A stretch of 48,017 bases of DNA from Gemmatimonadota bacterium (lineage in GTDB: Bacteria; Gemmatimonadota; Gemmatimonadetes; Gemmatimonadales; GWC2-71-9). The notes beneath the pieces are model-generated. The model made no database searches, had not been told where the DNA came from, and saw nothing but the letters and a program-made list of their open reading frames with translations. Positions 29,475 through 39,788 of the stretch are shown here, one piece after another; position 1 is the first letter of the stretch, and the number at the start of each line of letters is the position of its first letter. Location: positions 1 to 48,017 of the forward strand of contig JAZDCY010000071.1 in the NCBI GenBank assembly GCA_036679645.1, written 5' to 3'. A program made the position numbers and the translations under genes.

Positions 29475-30032
29475 TCAGACCTCCATGATCTCCTCTTCCT
29501 TCCCCTGCATCAGCGAATCGATGTGCCCAATCGCGGTGTCGTGCAACTGTTGTACGTCTTTCTCTGCACGGCGTTTGTCGTCGTCGGACACATGCTCGAC
29601 CTTCTTGATCCTGGTCAGCGTGTCGGTACGCGCGTGCCGCACGCTGATGCGGCCTTCCTCTGCCAGCTTGTGCACGACGCGCACCAGCTCCTTGCGTCGT
29701 TCCTCGTTGAGTGGTGGCAACGGGACGCGTATGATCGTACCGTCGTTGGACGGATTCAGTCCCAGGTCGGATGACTGAATTGCTTTCTCGATCGCCGGCA
29801 TGAGGGACTTGTCCCACGGCTGCACCGTCAACATGCGCGCCTCCGGCGCGGACACCGAGGCGACCTGGTTGAGCGGCGACTGCTGGCCGTACGCATCGAC
29901 GCGGACGGTGTCGAGCAGGCTGGTTGTGGCCTTGCCACTGCGGATCGTGGAGAGTTCACGCTTCGTGTTCTCCACGGCATTGCCCATGTGTTCTTTGGCG
30001 CCTTTTTCGATGGCCTGGATGTCGTCGCTCAT
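29475..30032 (-). CDS. frr: Ribosome recycling factor
   Basis: [26 protein letters not shown]. Confidence 0.96.
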   Translation of the reverse strand: MSDDIQAIEKGAKEHMGNAVENTKRELSTIRSGKATTSLLDTVRVDAYGQQSPLNQVASVSAPEARMLTVQPWDKSLMPAIEKAIQSSDLGLNPSNDGTIIRVPLPPLNEERRKELVRVVHKLAEEGRISVRHARTDTLTRIKKVEHVSDDDKRRAEKDVQQLHDTAIGHIDSLMQGKEEEIMEV

Positions 30033-30742
30033 CGCACCAGTGTCCCCACGCGTTCGCCTTGGAGGACGCGGCCGACTGCGCCCTGTTGGTTCACGTTCAT
30101 GACCACGATTGGGAGTGCGTTCTCCTGGCACAACCCGAAGGCGTTGGCGTCCATCACCCGGAGGCCGCGCACGAGCGCGTCTTGGAACGCCAGTTCGGCA
30201 ATGAACTCTGCCGAGGGGTCTTCCTTTGGGTCGGCAGTGTAAATACCGTCTACGCTCGTGGCTTTGATGATGATGTCGGCCTCCATCTCGAGCGCCCGCA
30301 GCACTGCCGCGGTGTCGGTGGAAAAATACGGGTTTCCCGTGCCGCCCGCGAATAGCACGACCCGGCCCTTTTCCAGGTGTCGCTGCGCGCGGCGGCGGAT
30401 GTAGGGCTCGGCCAGTTCCTCCATCCGGATTGCGGTCATGACACGCGTATCGATTCCCTTGCGCTCGAGGATGTCCTGCATGGCGAGCGCGTTGATCACC
30501 GTGGCCAGCATGCCCATGTAATCGGCGGACACGCGGTCCATACCCTGCTGGCTCGCCACCGTCCCGCGGACGATGTTTCCACCTCCCACGACCAGCCCGA
30601 GGCTGGCACCCAGCGCGTGAACATCGCGGATCTCGTCCGCGAGGCGGTCCATGACCGCGAAATCGAGGCCGAACCCCCTGTCCCCCGCGAGTGCCTCACC
30701 GGAGAGCTTTAGCAGGGCACGCCCGTAGGCGAGTTCGCTCAC
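30029..30742 (-). CDS. pyrH: UMP kinase
   Basis: [26 protein letters not shown]. Confidence 0.97.
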   Translation of the reverse strand: MSELAYGRALLKLSGEALAGDRGFGLDFAVMDRLADEIRDVHALGASLGLVVGGGNIVRGTVASQQGMDRVSADYMGMLATVINALAMQDILERKGIDTRVMTAIRMEELAEPYIRRRAQRHLEKGRVVLFAGGTGNPYFSTDTAAVLRALEMEADIIIKATSVDGIYTADPKEDPSAEFIAELAFQDALVRGLRVMDANAFGLCQENALPIVVMNVNQQGAVGRVLQGERVGTLVR

Positions 30743-31344
30743 CTCTCTGACCCAAGCTCGAGGCGGGCGAAGCGTCGGACAACGATGTTCTCTCCCACCC
30801 TTCCAGATACGGCTTTGACGAGATCGCCAACGGACTGCTTGTCGTCCTTCACGAACGGTTGCTCCATCAACACCCGCTCCTGGAAGAACTTCCTGAGCTT
30901 CCCCTCGACGATCCTGTCCCGGATCTTCTCTGGCTTTCCAGATTCGGCAACCTGTGCTTCGAAAATCGAGCGCTCCTTGTCCACGACCTCCGTGGGAACG
31001 TCATCTGACGTCACGGCCATCGGGTCGGCCGACGCGATGTGCAGGGCGACATCACGCGCGAGACTCTGAAAGTCGTCCGTTCGCGCGACAAAATCAGTCT
31101 CACAATTCAACTCGACCAGCACACCCACGTTGCCGTTGAAGTGCAGGTAGTTGCCGATGACGCCTTCTGAGGTGCCCCGCCCCGCCCGCTTTTCGGCTCT
31201 TGCGATGCCCTTCGTCCGCAACACGTCGACGGCCTTGTCTATGTCTCCCGCCGTTTCCTGTAGAACCCGCTTGCAATCCATCAACCCGGCGCCCGTGCGT
31301 GCGCGCAACTCGGCCACTTGCTTCGCTGAAATCGCGATTGTCAT
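30739..31344 (-). CDS. tsf: Elongation factor Ts (short form)
   Basis: [23 protein letters not shown]. Confidence 0.96.
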   Translation of the reverse strand: MTIAISAKQVAELRARTGAGLMDCKRVLQETAGDIDKAVDVLRTKGIARAEKRAGRGTSEGVIGNYLHFNGNVGVLVELNCETDFVARTDDFQSLARDVALHIASADPMAVTSDDVPTEVVDKERSIFEAQVAESGKPEKIRDRIVEGKLRKFFQERVLMEQPFVKDDKQSVGDLVKAVSGRVGENIVVRRFARLELGSER

Positions 31345-31374
31345 TCCCTTGATGCCTTTCCCCTTGGTGCGTAC

Positions 31375-31416
31375 AAAAACCGCCGCCTCGAGCGATGCGT
31401 CAGCGCGAGCGGCGGC
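31375..31416 (-). terminator. Intrinsic terminator/attenuator between rpsB and tsf
   Basis: Imperfect GC stem (CCGCCGCTCG...CGAGGCGGCGG) followed by TTTTT on the minus strand. Confidence 0.6.
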
Positions 31417-31440
31417 CCATCTGTTACACGCGTCCAGGCG

Positions 31441-32382
31441 CTAGCTCTGGTCGGCGCTCGCTTCTGCCCCCGCCCCAGCCGCCGCTGCCGTGTCCGCACC
31501 CGCCGGTGCACCTGCTGGTGGCTCGGCGCTCGCGTCGCCCGCAGGCGCGTCGTCCTTCAGTCGGGCTGCGATCGCTTCGGGCTTGGGCCGGCGCTTGCGG
31601 CGTGGCCTCCGCCGACGCGCCCGCTCTTCTACGTCTGCCTCGCCCTCGTCCGTGCTGTATGTATACGCCTCGCTATCCTCGACGACTTCGCGCAGCGGAA
31701 CCTGGGAGCGGGCTTCTGCAACCACATCAACCAACGCGCTCGTGATGAGCGAAACGGAACGAATTGCGTCATCGTTACCGGGTACGGGCACGGTGATCAC
31801 GTCCGGATCCGCGTTGGTATCGACGATGGCGATGATCGGGATCCCGAGCTTGTTGGCCTCAGCGATCGCGATCCGTTCCTTGCGGGAATCGACCACGAAC
31901 ATGACACCGGGAATCCGGCCCATGAGCTTGATACCCTCGAGGTTGCGACTCAGCTTCTCACGTTCGCGCGACAGCAGTAACTGCTCTTTCTTGGTGAAGA
32001 ACTCGTGCGCACCCTCCTCTTGACCCTGCTCCAGATCGCGTAGCCGCCGAATCTGGCGTTTGATCGTCTGGAAATTAGTCAGGAGGCCGCCCAGCCACCT
32101 TTCGGTGACATGGAATGCGCCACACCGGTCTGCTTCGGAGCGCACGATCTGTTTCAGCTGTTTCTTAGTGCAGACGAACAAGACGCTATCACCGCTCAGC
32201 ACGACCTTGCGTAGGAGGTCCTGCGCGATTTGCAGTTGATGCAGCGTCTTGTGCAGGTCGATGAGGTAAATGCCGGAACGTTCGGCAAAGATGAAGCGGC
32301 GCATCTTCGGGTTCCAGCGTCGTGTCTGGTGGCCGAAATGCACGCCTGCTTCGAGCAGGTCCTGTAGCTGCGGCTGCGTCAT
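31441..32382 (-). CDS. rpsB: 30S ribosomal protein S2 with a low-complexity C-terminal tail
   Basis: LLEAGVHFGHQTRRWNPKM, RWLGG.LTN, PGNDDAIRS. Confidence 0.97.
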   Translation of the reverse strand: MTQPQLQDLLEAGVHFGHQTRRWNPKMRRFIFAERSGIYLIDLHKTLHQLQIAQDLLRKVVLSGDSVLFVCTKKQLKQIVRSEADRCGAFHVTERWLGGLLTNFQTIKRQIRRLRDLEQGQEEGAHEFFTKKEQLLLSREREKLSRNLEGIKLMGRIPGVMFVVDSRKERIAIAEANKLGIPIIAIVDTNADPDVITVPVPGNDDAIRSVSLITSALVDVVAEARSQVPLREVVEDSEAYTYSTDEGEADVEERARRRRPRRKRRPKPEAIAARLKDDAPAGDASAEPPAGAPAGADTAAAAGAGAEASADQS

Positions 32383-32396
32383 GTTCCCCACTTCAT

Positions 32397-32472
32397 GGGT
32401 TGTGTCGTCCACTGCCATCGACTCCCTTCCAGATCCGTCATGGACACCCAGGAGGGGATCCGGCAGTGTGCG
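32397..32472 (-). promoter_or_regulatory. rpsB leader RNA (t44 / S2 autoregulatory element)
   Basis: Outer stem CACTGCC/GGCAGTG; internal GGGTGTC can pair with downstream GACAC-AA-CCC, a pseudoknot like that of S2 leaders. Confidence 0.65.
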
Positions 32473-32487
32473 TCTGTTTCGTCCGAC

Positions 32488-32889
32488 CTAGCGCTTGGAG
32501 AACTGGAAGCGCTTCCGCGCACCCGGCTGCCCAGGCTTCTTCCGTTCCACCGCCCGCGGATCTCTCGTCATTAGTCCATGACTGCGCAGGCGGGTACGGT
32601 GAGTCTCGTCCGCCAGGACCAGCGCGCGTGCAACCCCGAGCCGAACCGCACCGGCTTGCCCGGTCTGTCCGCCACCGTTGACGCGCGCCTTTACGTCGAA
32701 CGCACCCAACGTGTCGGTGACCTGGAACGGTTGCTGGATGTGCTGCACCAGCGACTGCCGCGGGAAATAGTCGCCGAGCGTGCGCCCGTTGATGCTCCAC
32801 TTCCCCGAGCCGGGAGTCAGATAGACGCGAGCGACCGCCGTCTTGCGGCGCCCCACGGCATGCCAGCGGAGTTCCGGCTGTTCCGTCAT
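32488..32889 (-). CDS. rpsI: 30S ribosomal protein S9
   Basis: GRRKTAVARV, GGGQTGQAGA, RKRFQFSKR. Confidence 0.97.
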   Translation of the reverse strand: MTEQPELRWHAVGRRKTAVARVYLTPGSGKWSINGRTLGDYFPRQSLVQHIQQPFQVTDTLGAFDVKARVNGGGQTGQAGAVRLGVARALVLADETHRTRLRSHGLMTRDPRAVERKKPGQPGARKRFQFSKR

Positions 32890-33332
32890 GCGCTGTCCTT
32901 CAATACGGTGAGCGGTACCGGGCGCTGGGCCTCGTGCGGATGCTCGGGCCCGGCGTAGACCTTGAGCTTCTTGCGGAGTACCTGCCGACCCAACGTGCTC
33001 TTGGGAAGCATACCGAACACCGCCTTCTGGATGACCCGCTCGGGATGGCGTTCGAGCATGCGGCGCACAGGCGTGAACCGCTCGTGCCCCATGTAGCCGG
33101 TGTGGTGGAAGTACTGCTTCTGATCCATCTTGCGGCCGGTCAACCGGACCTTCTCGGCGTTTATCACGACGACGTAGTCGCCACAGTCCATGTGCGGCGT
33201 GAACGTGGGCTTGTGCTTGCCGCGAATCAGCTGCGCAATTTGACTGGCAAGACGACCCAACACGGCCCCGTTCGCATCGACGAGATGCCACTGGTGCTCG
33301 AGTTGACTGGCCTTCAGTGTAAATGTCTTCAT
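32886..33332 (-). CDS. rplM: 50S ribosomal protein L13
   Basis: LGRLAS, GKHKPTFTPH.DCGD, HPHEAQ. Confidence 0.97.
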   Translation of the reverse strand: MKTFTLKASQLEHQWHLVDANGAVLGRLASQIAQLIRGKHKPTFTPHMDCGDYVVVINAEKVRLTGRKMDQKQYFHHTGYMGHERFTPVRRMLERHPERVIQKAVFGMLPKSTLGRQVLRKKLKVYAGPEHPHEAQRPVPLTVLKDSA

Positions 33333-33359
33333 GAGTCCCGTAAATTCATACAGTCTACA

Positions 33360-33388
33360 AAGCTAGCCGACCTCTATTCGAGGGTCAA
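33360..33388 (-). promoter_or_regulatory. Putative sigma70 promoter of rplM
   Basis: TTGACC-17 nt-TAGCTT on the minus strand. Confidence 0.55.
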
Positions 33389-33888
33389 GGCTCGCCCGAG
33401 ACCTCTACCAGCGGCGTGCCCTTGTCGACCGCGTCGCCCGGAGATACGTGCACGGCGGTGACGGCACCGGCAACGGGAGAGGTCAGCTCGTTCTCCATCT
33501 TCATGGCCTCGAGCACCACCAAACCGCGGCCCGCCTCGATCTCGGCGCCCGGCTCCACCTCAACGCGGAGCACCAACCCAGGCATCGGAGCGGTTACGAC
33601 ATGCCGTCCGCCGGTTCCAGAAGAGCCGCCTGTCATCTCACGCAGCTGGCGGGTTCGCTCATCGACGACCTCCGCGTCCCACACCTCTCCACGATGAAGC
33701 AGACGCCAGCCATCGGCCGTGCGCGTCATCGCGAACGTCGTGGTGTGACCGGGCTCTGCAAGCTGTCTTAGCGGTGTGCCTGGCACGGTATGCAACTCGG
33801 CTGCTACGGGACGGCCCTCGACCAGGACGCGGTTCCCCGAGAGATCGACCTGTACCGTCCGGTCGGCAATCGTCACGCTGTAGCGCAT
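33385..33888 (-). CDS. Biotin carboxyl carrier protein
   Basis: APMPG and the EAMKMENE biotinylation motif. Confidence 0.92.
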   Translation of the reverse strand: MRYSVTIADRTVQVDLSGNRVLVEGRPVAAELHTVPGTPLRQLAEPGHTTTFAMTRTADGWRLLHRGEVWDAEVVDERTRQLREMTGGSSGTGGRHVVTAPMPGLVLRVEVEPGAEIEAGRGLVVLEAMKMENELTSPVAGAVTAVHVSPGDAVDKGTPLVEVSGEP

Positions 33889-33925
33889 CGTGCCGTCCTG
33901 CCGTGTCGCGGTGGTTGAGGGCCGC

Positions 33926-35428
33926 TCATCTGAGTCCGTGGAGGCGTGCCGCCCTGAGCCAGGCGCTGCCGTCCTGTGCCGGACCGTTCCGCGCGACGCC
34001 GCACGTGGCCCCGCGCGCCTCGTGCTCGGCGAGCGCCGCGGCGACCGCCGCCCGCTCGAGCGCGCCATCATCGAGTCGAGTCTCCAGCAGACGCTCGCCG
34101 TGTGTCTCCAGGTAGCCGATATCGTAGTCTCCCGAACCGAACGCAGCGTCGTCCATCACGCGCCGATGAAAGGGCTGTGATGTCGGTACCCCCACGATGA
34201 CCAACTCGTCGAGCGCGCGCCGCATGCGGCGAATTGCGCGATCGCGCGTTTCGCCCCAGGCGATGACCTTTGCCAGCAACGGATCGTAGTACACACCGAC
34301 ATCGTTGCCGGCCTCGATTCCTCCATCCCAGCGCACGCCCGGCCCGGACGGCGTACGCACGAAGCTGATATGTCCGGTCGCCGGGAGGAACTTGTTGAAC
34401 GGGTCCTCGCTAGTGATACGGCACTCGATGGCGTGCCCGCGCGGGCGCATTGGTCTGCCGGGGAGTGTGGTCGGTTCGCCGGCCGCTATACGCAGCTGCT
34501 CGCGTACGATGTCCACACCGTAGACGAGTTCCGTGACCGGGTGTTCGACCTGGAGGCGTGTGTTCATTTCGAGGAAGTAAAACACGTCACCGGGCGCGAG
34601 CAGGAACTCCACGGTCCCGGCACTCAGGTAGCCAACCGCTGCCGCCGCCCGCACCGCTGCCTCGCCCATCGCGAGTCGGAGATCGACGTTGACGGCCGGA
34701 GACGGGGCCTCTTCGATGAGTTTCTGGTGTCGCCGCTGGACCGAGCACTCGCGCTCGCCCACGTGAAGCGTGTTGCCAAAGCGATCGGCGAGGATCTGGA
34801 TCTCCACGTGACGCGGTCGGTCGAGCAGCTTCTCGACGTAGACCGCACCGTCCCCAAATGCCGTGGTGGCTTCCGACGTGGCGGCGCGGAATGCCGAGTC
34901 GAGGTCCGACCGGCCGTCTACCCGCCGCATGCCCTTGCCCCCGCCACCGGCCGCTGCCTTCAGCATGATCGGATAGCCGACCTGTTGGGCGACGGCATGC
35001 GCGTCGTCAGCGCTGGCGACAGCCTCGCCGCTTCCCGGGATTATGGGCACCCCGGCCGCCTCCATGCGGCGGCGTGCCTCGGTCTTCTCTCCCATGGCGC
35101 GGATCGCTGTGGCCGGTGGCCCGATGAACGTGAGTCCGTTCTGCTCGACCAACTGGGCGAAATGCGCACGTTCCGCCAGGAAGCCGTACCCTGGGTGAAT
35201 GGCGTCCGCTCCGGCGTCGCGCGCGGCGCCGATGATCTTCTCGGCGACGAGATAGGACTCCTTCGAAGGTGCTGGTCCTATCTCGACCGCCGTGTCTGCC
35301 AGGTGCACGTGGGGGCTTTGCCGGTCGGCCTCCGAGTATACGGCTACAGCCTCGAGATCTTCCTCATGACACGCACGAATGATGCGGCACGCGATCTCGC
35401 CCCGGTTGGCGATCAGAACTCGCTTCAC
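33926..35428 (-). CDS. Biotin carboxylase (acetyl/propionyl-CoA carboxylase); start GTG 35428 or ATG 35452
   Basis: IANRGEIA, HPGYGFLAE, GGGGKGMR, EMNTRLQVEHPVTE. Confidence 0.93.
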   Translation of the reverse strand: MKRVLIANRGEIACRIIRACHEEDLEAVAVYSEADRQSPHVHLADTAVEIGPAPSKESYLVAEKIIGAARDAGADAIHPGYGFLAERAHFAQLVEQNGLTFIGPPATAIRAMGEKTEARRRMEAAGVPIIPGSGEAVASADDAHAVAQQVGYPIMLKAAAGGGGKGMRRVDGRSDLDSAFRAATSEATTAFGDGAVYVEKLLDRPRHVEIQILADRFGNTLHVGERECSVQRRHQKLIEEAPSPAVNVDLRLAMGEAAVRAAAAVGYLSAGTVEFLLAPGDVFYFLEMNTRLQVEHPVTELVYGVDIVREQLRIAAGEPTTLPGRPMRPRGHAIECRITSEDPFNKFLPATGHISFVRTPSGPGVRWDGGIEAGNDVGVYYDPLLAKVIAWGETRDRAIRRMRRALDELVIVGVPTSQPFHRRVMDDAAFGSGDYDIGYLETHGERLLETRLDDGALERAAVAAALAEHEARGATCGVARNGPAQDGSAWLRAARLHGLR

Positions 35429-35453
35429 GATGGCGGAAGGGCATTCCGCCATC
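35429..35453. repeat. Perfect 10-bp hairpin of the GGCGGAA family
   Basis: GATGGCGGAA-gggca-TTCCGCCATC. Confidence 0.6.
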
Positions 35454-35458
35454 CCGCC

Positions 35459-37009
35459 CTACAGGGGAATATTCCCATGCTTTTTCGGCGGAGCCGCGTC
35501 TCGTTTTGTCAGCAGGGTCTGGAGCGTGGAGATCAGTAGCGGGCGCGTGTCGCGCGGATCGATGACGTCATCCAGGTATCCACGCGCCGCTGCCTCGTAG
35601 GGATGGGCGAACCTGTCGCGGTAATCCGCCACGAGTTCGTCGAGTTTTGCCTGCGGGTCGTCGGCCGCGGCGATCTCGCGCTTGAACAGGATCTCCGCGG
35701 CCCCCTTGGGTCCCATGACCGCAAGTTCCGCGGTCGGCCAGGCAACGTTGTAGTCTCCACCCACGTGCTTTGAGCTCATCACGTCGTACGCGCCACCGTA
35801 TGCCTTGCGCGTGATAACGGTGAGCTTGGGCACGGTCGCTTCGGCGTAGGCATACAGCAACTTCGCCCCGTGCTTGATAATGCCACCGTGTTCCTGATCG
35901 ACTCCGGGCAGGAAGCCGGGCACGTCCTCGAACGTCACGAGCGGGAAGTTGAACGCGTCACAGAAGCGCACGAACCGAGCACCCTTGAGCGACGCGTCGC
36001 TGTCGAGCACCCCGGCGAGCATGGCCGGTTGGTTCGCGACAATGCCGACGGGCTGCCCCCCGAGGCGGGCAAACCCAACGAGGATGTTCGTAGCGAAATC
36101 GCGATGTACCTCGAGCAGCTCGCCGTCATCGACGACATGACGGATGACGTCGCGCATGTCGTAGGGCTTATTCGGGTTGTCGGGTACCAGTCCCAGCAGG
36201 TCCTCATCGCGGCGGTCTGGCGGATCGTCGGTCTCGCGGATAGGGGGGCCGTCGACGTTGTTACCGGGAAGAAAACCAATGAGTCGCCGAATCTCCGCCA
36301 TGCACTGCATCTCGGAATCGAGCACGAACTGCGCGACCCCGGAGGTCGTTCCGTGCACATCGGCACCGCCGAGTTCCTCTGACGTGACATCCTCATGTGT
36401 CACGGTCTTCACTACGTTCGGCCCGGTCACGAACATGTACGAGATCCCACGCACCATGAACGTGAAATCGGTAATGGCGGGGCTGTAGACGGCACCGCCG
36501 GCACATGGGCCCAGGACGGCACTGATCTGCGGCACGACGCCCGACGCCCGGGTATTTCGAAAGAAGATGTCGGCGTAGCCGCCGAGCGAGACCACGCCTT
36601 CTTGAATCCGCGCACCGCCCGAATCGTTGAGTCCGATGATGGGCGCGCCGTTGCGCACGGCAAGGTCCATGACCTTGCAGATTTTCTCCGCATGCGCTTC
36701 GGCGAGCGAGCCGCCGAACACGGTGAAATCCTGCGCGAACAGATAGATGAGCCGGCCATCGACACGACCGTAACCAGTGACGACCCCATCGCCCAGTGGC
36801 CGGTTCTTGTCGAGCCCGAATGCTGTCGACCGGTGAGTGACAAAGCGGTCGAACTCGACGAACGAGCCTTGATCGATCAGCAGATCGATCCGCTCCCTCG
36901 CGGTGAGCTTCCCCTTTTCGTGCTGCGTGGCGATACGTTCCGGTCCACCCCCCTGTTCGGCGTCATCCCGCAGGCGAAGCAAACGGTCCAGCTTCTCGTT
37001 CGCGGTCAT
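35459..37009 (-). CDS. Acyl-CoA (propionyl/methylmalonyl-CoA) carboxyltransferase beta subunit
   Basis: [35 protein letters not shown]. Confidence 0.94.
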   Translation of the reverse strand: MTANEKLDRLLRLRDDAEQGGGPERIATQHEKGKLTARERIDLLIDQGSFVEFDRFVTHRSTAFGLDKNRPLGDGVVTGYGRVDGRLIYLFAQDFTVFGGSLAEAHAEKICKVMDLAVRNGAPIIGLNDSGGARIQEGVVSLGGYADIFFRNTRASGVVPQISAVLGPCAGGAVYSPAITDFTFMVRGISYMFVTGPNVVKTVTHEDVTSEELGGADVHGTTSGVAQFVLDSEMQCMAEIRRLIGFLPGNNVDGPPIRETDDPPDRRDEDLLGLVPDNPNKPYDMRDVIRHVVDDGELLEVHRDFATNILVGFARLGGQPVGIVANQPAMLAGVLDSDASLKGARFVRFCDAFNFPLVTFEDVPGFLPGVDQEHGGIIKHGAKLLYAYAEATVPKLTVITRKAYGGAYDVMSSKHVGGDYNVAWPTAELAVMGPKGAAEILFKREIAAADDPQAKLDELVADYRDRFAHPYEAAARGYLDDVIDPRDTRPLLISTLQTLLTKRDAAPPKKHGNIPL

Positions 37010-37097
37010 TGAGCAGGTGTGGGACGGTGGTAGCACATGTAAAAGCCGGCGTTACCGCGTGGACGGTGACGCCGGCGATCGTGGCAGGGCCGAGGGC

Positions 37098-39014
37098 TCA
37101 CTCGACGGGCGTCGTCGCCGCGCCCGCGTCGTCCGGGCTCGCCTCCGATACGTCTTCCGCAACCGGAGCCTCGTCCGCTTTGGCCTCCACGGATGGCGTC
37201 TCGTCGCTCTTGTCGTCATCCTCTGACACTTCTTCCGCAACCGCAGTCTCGCCCGCTTCGGCCTCCACCGCGGGGGCCTCGTCGCTCTCGCCCTCGCCAT
37301 CATCCTCACCCTCGGTGTGCACCGCGAAGGGGATCTCGGGCTCGCGCGGCTCGCTCGTCACCGCGAGGACAACCTTGTGGTGAATGGGGTCGACTTCCAT
37401 CACCGAGATGTCGACCATCCACCCTTCCGCCGCGAACTCTTCCAGCTTCTTGTTGTCCGGCACGGGGAACTGATTCCCGGGCACGATTCCCTCGATGTCA
37501 TTCCCAATGTCGACGACAACCGTGTTATCCATGACGCGGACGATCCGGCCCTCGAGTTCGGTTCCAACCGGATAGTCTTCACCGATCTTCAGCCACGGAT
37601 CTTCCTGCGCCTGCTTGAGGCCCAGCGAAATGCGTTTGTTGTCGGCATCGATGTTGAGGATCACGACATCTACTGCGTCACTCTTCTTGACGACCTCCGA
37701 CGGGTGCTGCACGCGCTTGGTCCACGACATGTCGGAGATGTGAATCAATCCGTCGATACCCGGCTCGATCTCGACGAACGCACCGAATGACGTGAGGTTG
37801 CGGACCTTGCCGCTGATGCGCGTCCCAACGGGGTACTTCATGGGCAACATCATCCACGGGTCTTGTTCCGTCTGCTTCATGCCCAGCGAGATCTTCTCCT
37901 CACCTGGATCGACCTTGAGGACAACGGCCTCGATCGATTCGCCGATCGACACGATCTTTGACGGGTGGCGTACGTTGCGCGTCCAACTCATCTCACTGAT
38001 GTGGACGAGCCCCTCGATGCCAGGCTCCAACTCGACGAACGCGCCGTAGTTGGTGATGCTCACGACCTTGCCCTGGACGCGGACGCCCACGGGGTAGCGC
38101 TCGGCCACGTTCTCCCACGGGTACGCCTGCAACTGCTTCAGTCCCAGCGAAATCCGCTCGCGGTTCCAGTCGATGTCGAGCACCTTGACATCGACGTCCT
38201 GTCCCATCTCGACCATCTCGGACGGATGCGACACGCGTCCGTAACTCATGTCGGTGATGTGGAGCAACCCGTCCACGCCACCGAGATCGATGAACGCGCC
38301 GAAATCCGTGATGTTCTTGACGACGCCCTTCCGTACCTGACCGACTTCCAGCTCTTTCATCAACTGCTCGCGCTTGGTAGCGCGCTCGGCTTCCAGAATC
38401 ACGCGGCGGGAGACGACGATGTTCCGACGCCGCTTGTTGAGCTTGATGATCTTGAAGTCGTAACTGTTCCCCAGCAGTTCGTCGATGTTGGGGACCCGAC
38501 GCAGCGCGATCTGGCTGCCTGGTAGGAACGCGTCCACGCCCATGAGATCGACCACGACGCCACCCTTGATCTTCTTCATCAGGGTGCCCTCCACCGGCTC
38601 GTCGCTCTCGTGGGCCTCGCGGATCTTCTCCCACACACGCATGAAGTCGGCTTTCTTCTTCGAAAGCACGACGGCGCCCTCGTGATCTTCCAGTCGCTCG
38701 AGGAAGACTTCGACTTCGTCGCCCGTGTTGAGTGACGTTGGTTCCTTGAATTCGTCTATGGATACTGCGCCCTCAGACTTGAAGCCCACGTCGAGGATGA
38801 CGTGGGTATCGGTCACGCGCAGCACCTTGGACCTGACGATCTCGCCTTCGACGATGCTCTGTAGCGTTCCTTCGTACAGCTTGAGCATCTCCTCATACTG
38901 CTCATCGCTGTACGAATCGTCGTACAGGTCCTGACGGATGTTGATGTTGGGGGGCGGGGTGTCGGTCGTGGACAGCGCGACCGGGTTCGAGGTATTTGTT
39001 GACGACTCTACCAT
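37098..39014 (-). CDS. rpsA: 30S ribosomal protein S1 with an acidic tail
   Basis: Repeated S1 domains (FGAFIDLGGVDGLLHITD, YGAFVELEPGIEGLVHISE). Confidence 0.97.
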   Translation of the reverse strand: MVESSTNTSNPVALSTTDTPPPNINIRQDLYDDSYSDEQYEEMLKLYEGTLQSIVEGEIVRSKVLRVTDTHVILDVGFKSEGAVSIDEFKEPTSLNTGDEVEVFLERLEDHEGAVVLSKKKADFMRVWEKIREAHESDEPVEGTLMKKIKGGVVVDLMGVDAFLPGSQIALRRVPNIDELLGNSYDFKIIKLNKRRRNIVVSRRVILEAERATKREQLMKELEVGQVRKGVVKNITDFGAFIDLGGVDGLLHITDMSYGRVSHPSEMVEMGQDVDVKVLDIDWNRERISLGLKQLQAYPWENVAERYPVGVRVQGKVVSITNYGAFVELEPGIEGLVHISEMSWTRNVRHPSKIVSIGESIEAVVLKVDPGEEKISLGMKQTEQDPWMMLPMKYPVGTRISGKVRNLTSFGAFVEIEPGIDGLIHISDMSWTKRVQHPSEVVKKSDAVDVVILNIDADNKRISLGLKQAQEDPWLKIGEDYPVGTELEGRIVRVMDNTVVVDIGNDIEGIVPGNQFPVPDNKKLEEFAAEGWMVDISVMEVDPIHHKVVLAVTSEPREPEIPFAVHTEGEDDGEGESDEAPAVEAEAGETAVAEEVSEDDDKSDETPSVEAKADEAPVAEDVSEASPDDAGAATTPVE

Positions 39015-39083
39015 GAGCGACGGTTACGAACTCCCTATGCGGTGCTAGTGTGAGCGCTTAAGGCCAAAATCAGCCAGACCGTA

Positions 39084-39112
39084 AGCGTAGACGGCGATCA
39101 GGGCTATGTCAA
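39084..39112 (-). promoter_or_regulatory. Putative sigma70 promoter of rpsA
   Basis: TTGACA-17 nt-TACGCT on the minus strand. Confidence 0.6.
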
Positions 39113-39113
39113 G

Positions 39114-39788
39114 CTATGAAAAGGCTTTCCGTGCCAGCAGCACGATCGTGTCCACCTGTTCCTCGAAGGTCATTTCTGTGGTATCCAGGGCCACCGCGTC
39201 GGGCGCCTGCGCGAGCGGTGCGACGGCGCGCCCGGCATCGGCCGTGTCACGCGCATCGAGTGCATCGGACTCGCGCTGTACCGCGACCGCATGCACAGAA
39301 CGGCCCTCCTGCGCCAACCGGCGACGGGCCCGCTCGACGGACGAAGCGGTGAGATACACCTTGACCCGTGCCTGGGGAAACACGACAGTCCCGATGTCCC
39401 GCCCGTCCATCACTATCCCACGTGGGTGGGCAGACGCCGCGGCACGCAGCATGATGCCTACCGCCGTGCGCACCGGAGCCAGGGCCGCCACCTCGGACAC
39501 GCGTGCGGTTACGCTGGCCGCACGCACGGCGTTGGTGACGTCGACCCCCGCGATCTCGGGACGGAACCCATCTGCTGTCAGGGCGAGACGCACGGGCAGA
39601 CTCTCGGCCAGCGCCGCGATGCGCTGGCCGTCAATCGGCAGCTCCGCATCGAGGGCAGCGAGCGTCATGGCCCGATACAGTGACCCGCTGTCGAGATGCG
39701 CAAAGCCGAGGCGCTTGGCCACGGCCACGGCCGTCGTCGATTTGCCCGCGCCGGCGGGGCCGTCGATCGCGATCACGCTAACCGACAC
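39114..39788 (-). CDS. cmk: Cytidylate kinase
   Basis: IAIDGPAGAGKST; DGRDIGTVVFP. Confidence 0.95.
   Translation of the reverse strand: MSVSVIAIDGPAGAGKSTTAVAVAKRLGFAHLDSGSLYRAMTLAALDAELPIDGQRIAALAESLPVRLALTADGFRPEIAGVDVTNAVRAASVTARVSEVAALAPVRTAVGIMLRAAASAHPRGIVMDGRDIGTVVFPQARVKVYLTASSVERARRRLAQEGRSVHAVAVQRESDALDARDTADAGRAVAPLAQAPDAVALDTTEMTFEEQVDTIVLLARKAFS

Noticed and set aside
30739..31344. Short EF-Ts as a deletion product
   Set aside because: A ~200-aa EF-Ts is an established natural form in several phyla.
34370..35539. 389-aa plus-strand ORF
   Set aside because: Antisense shadow of the biotin carboxylase.
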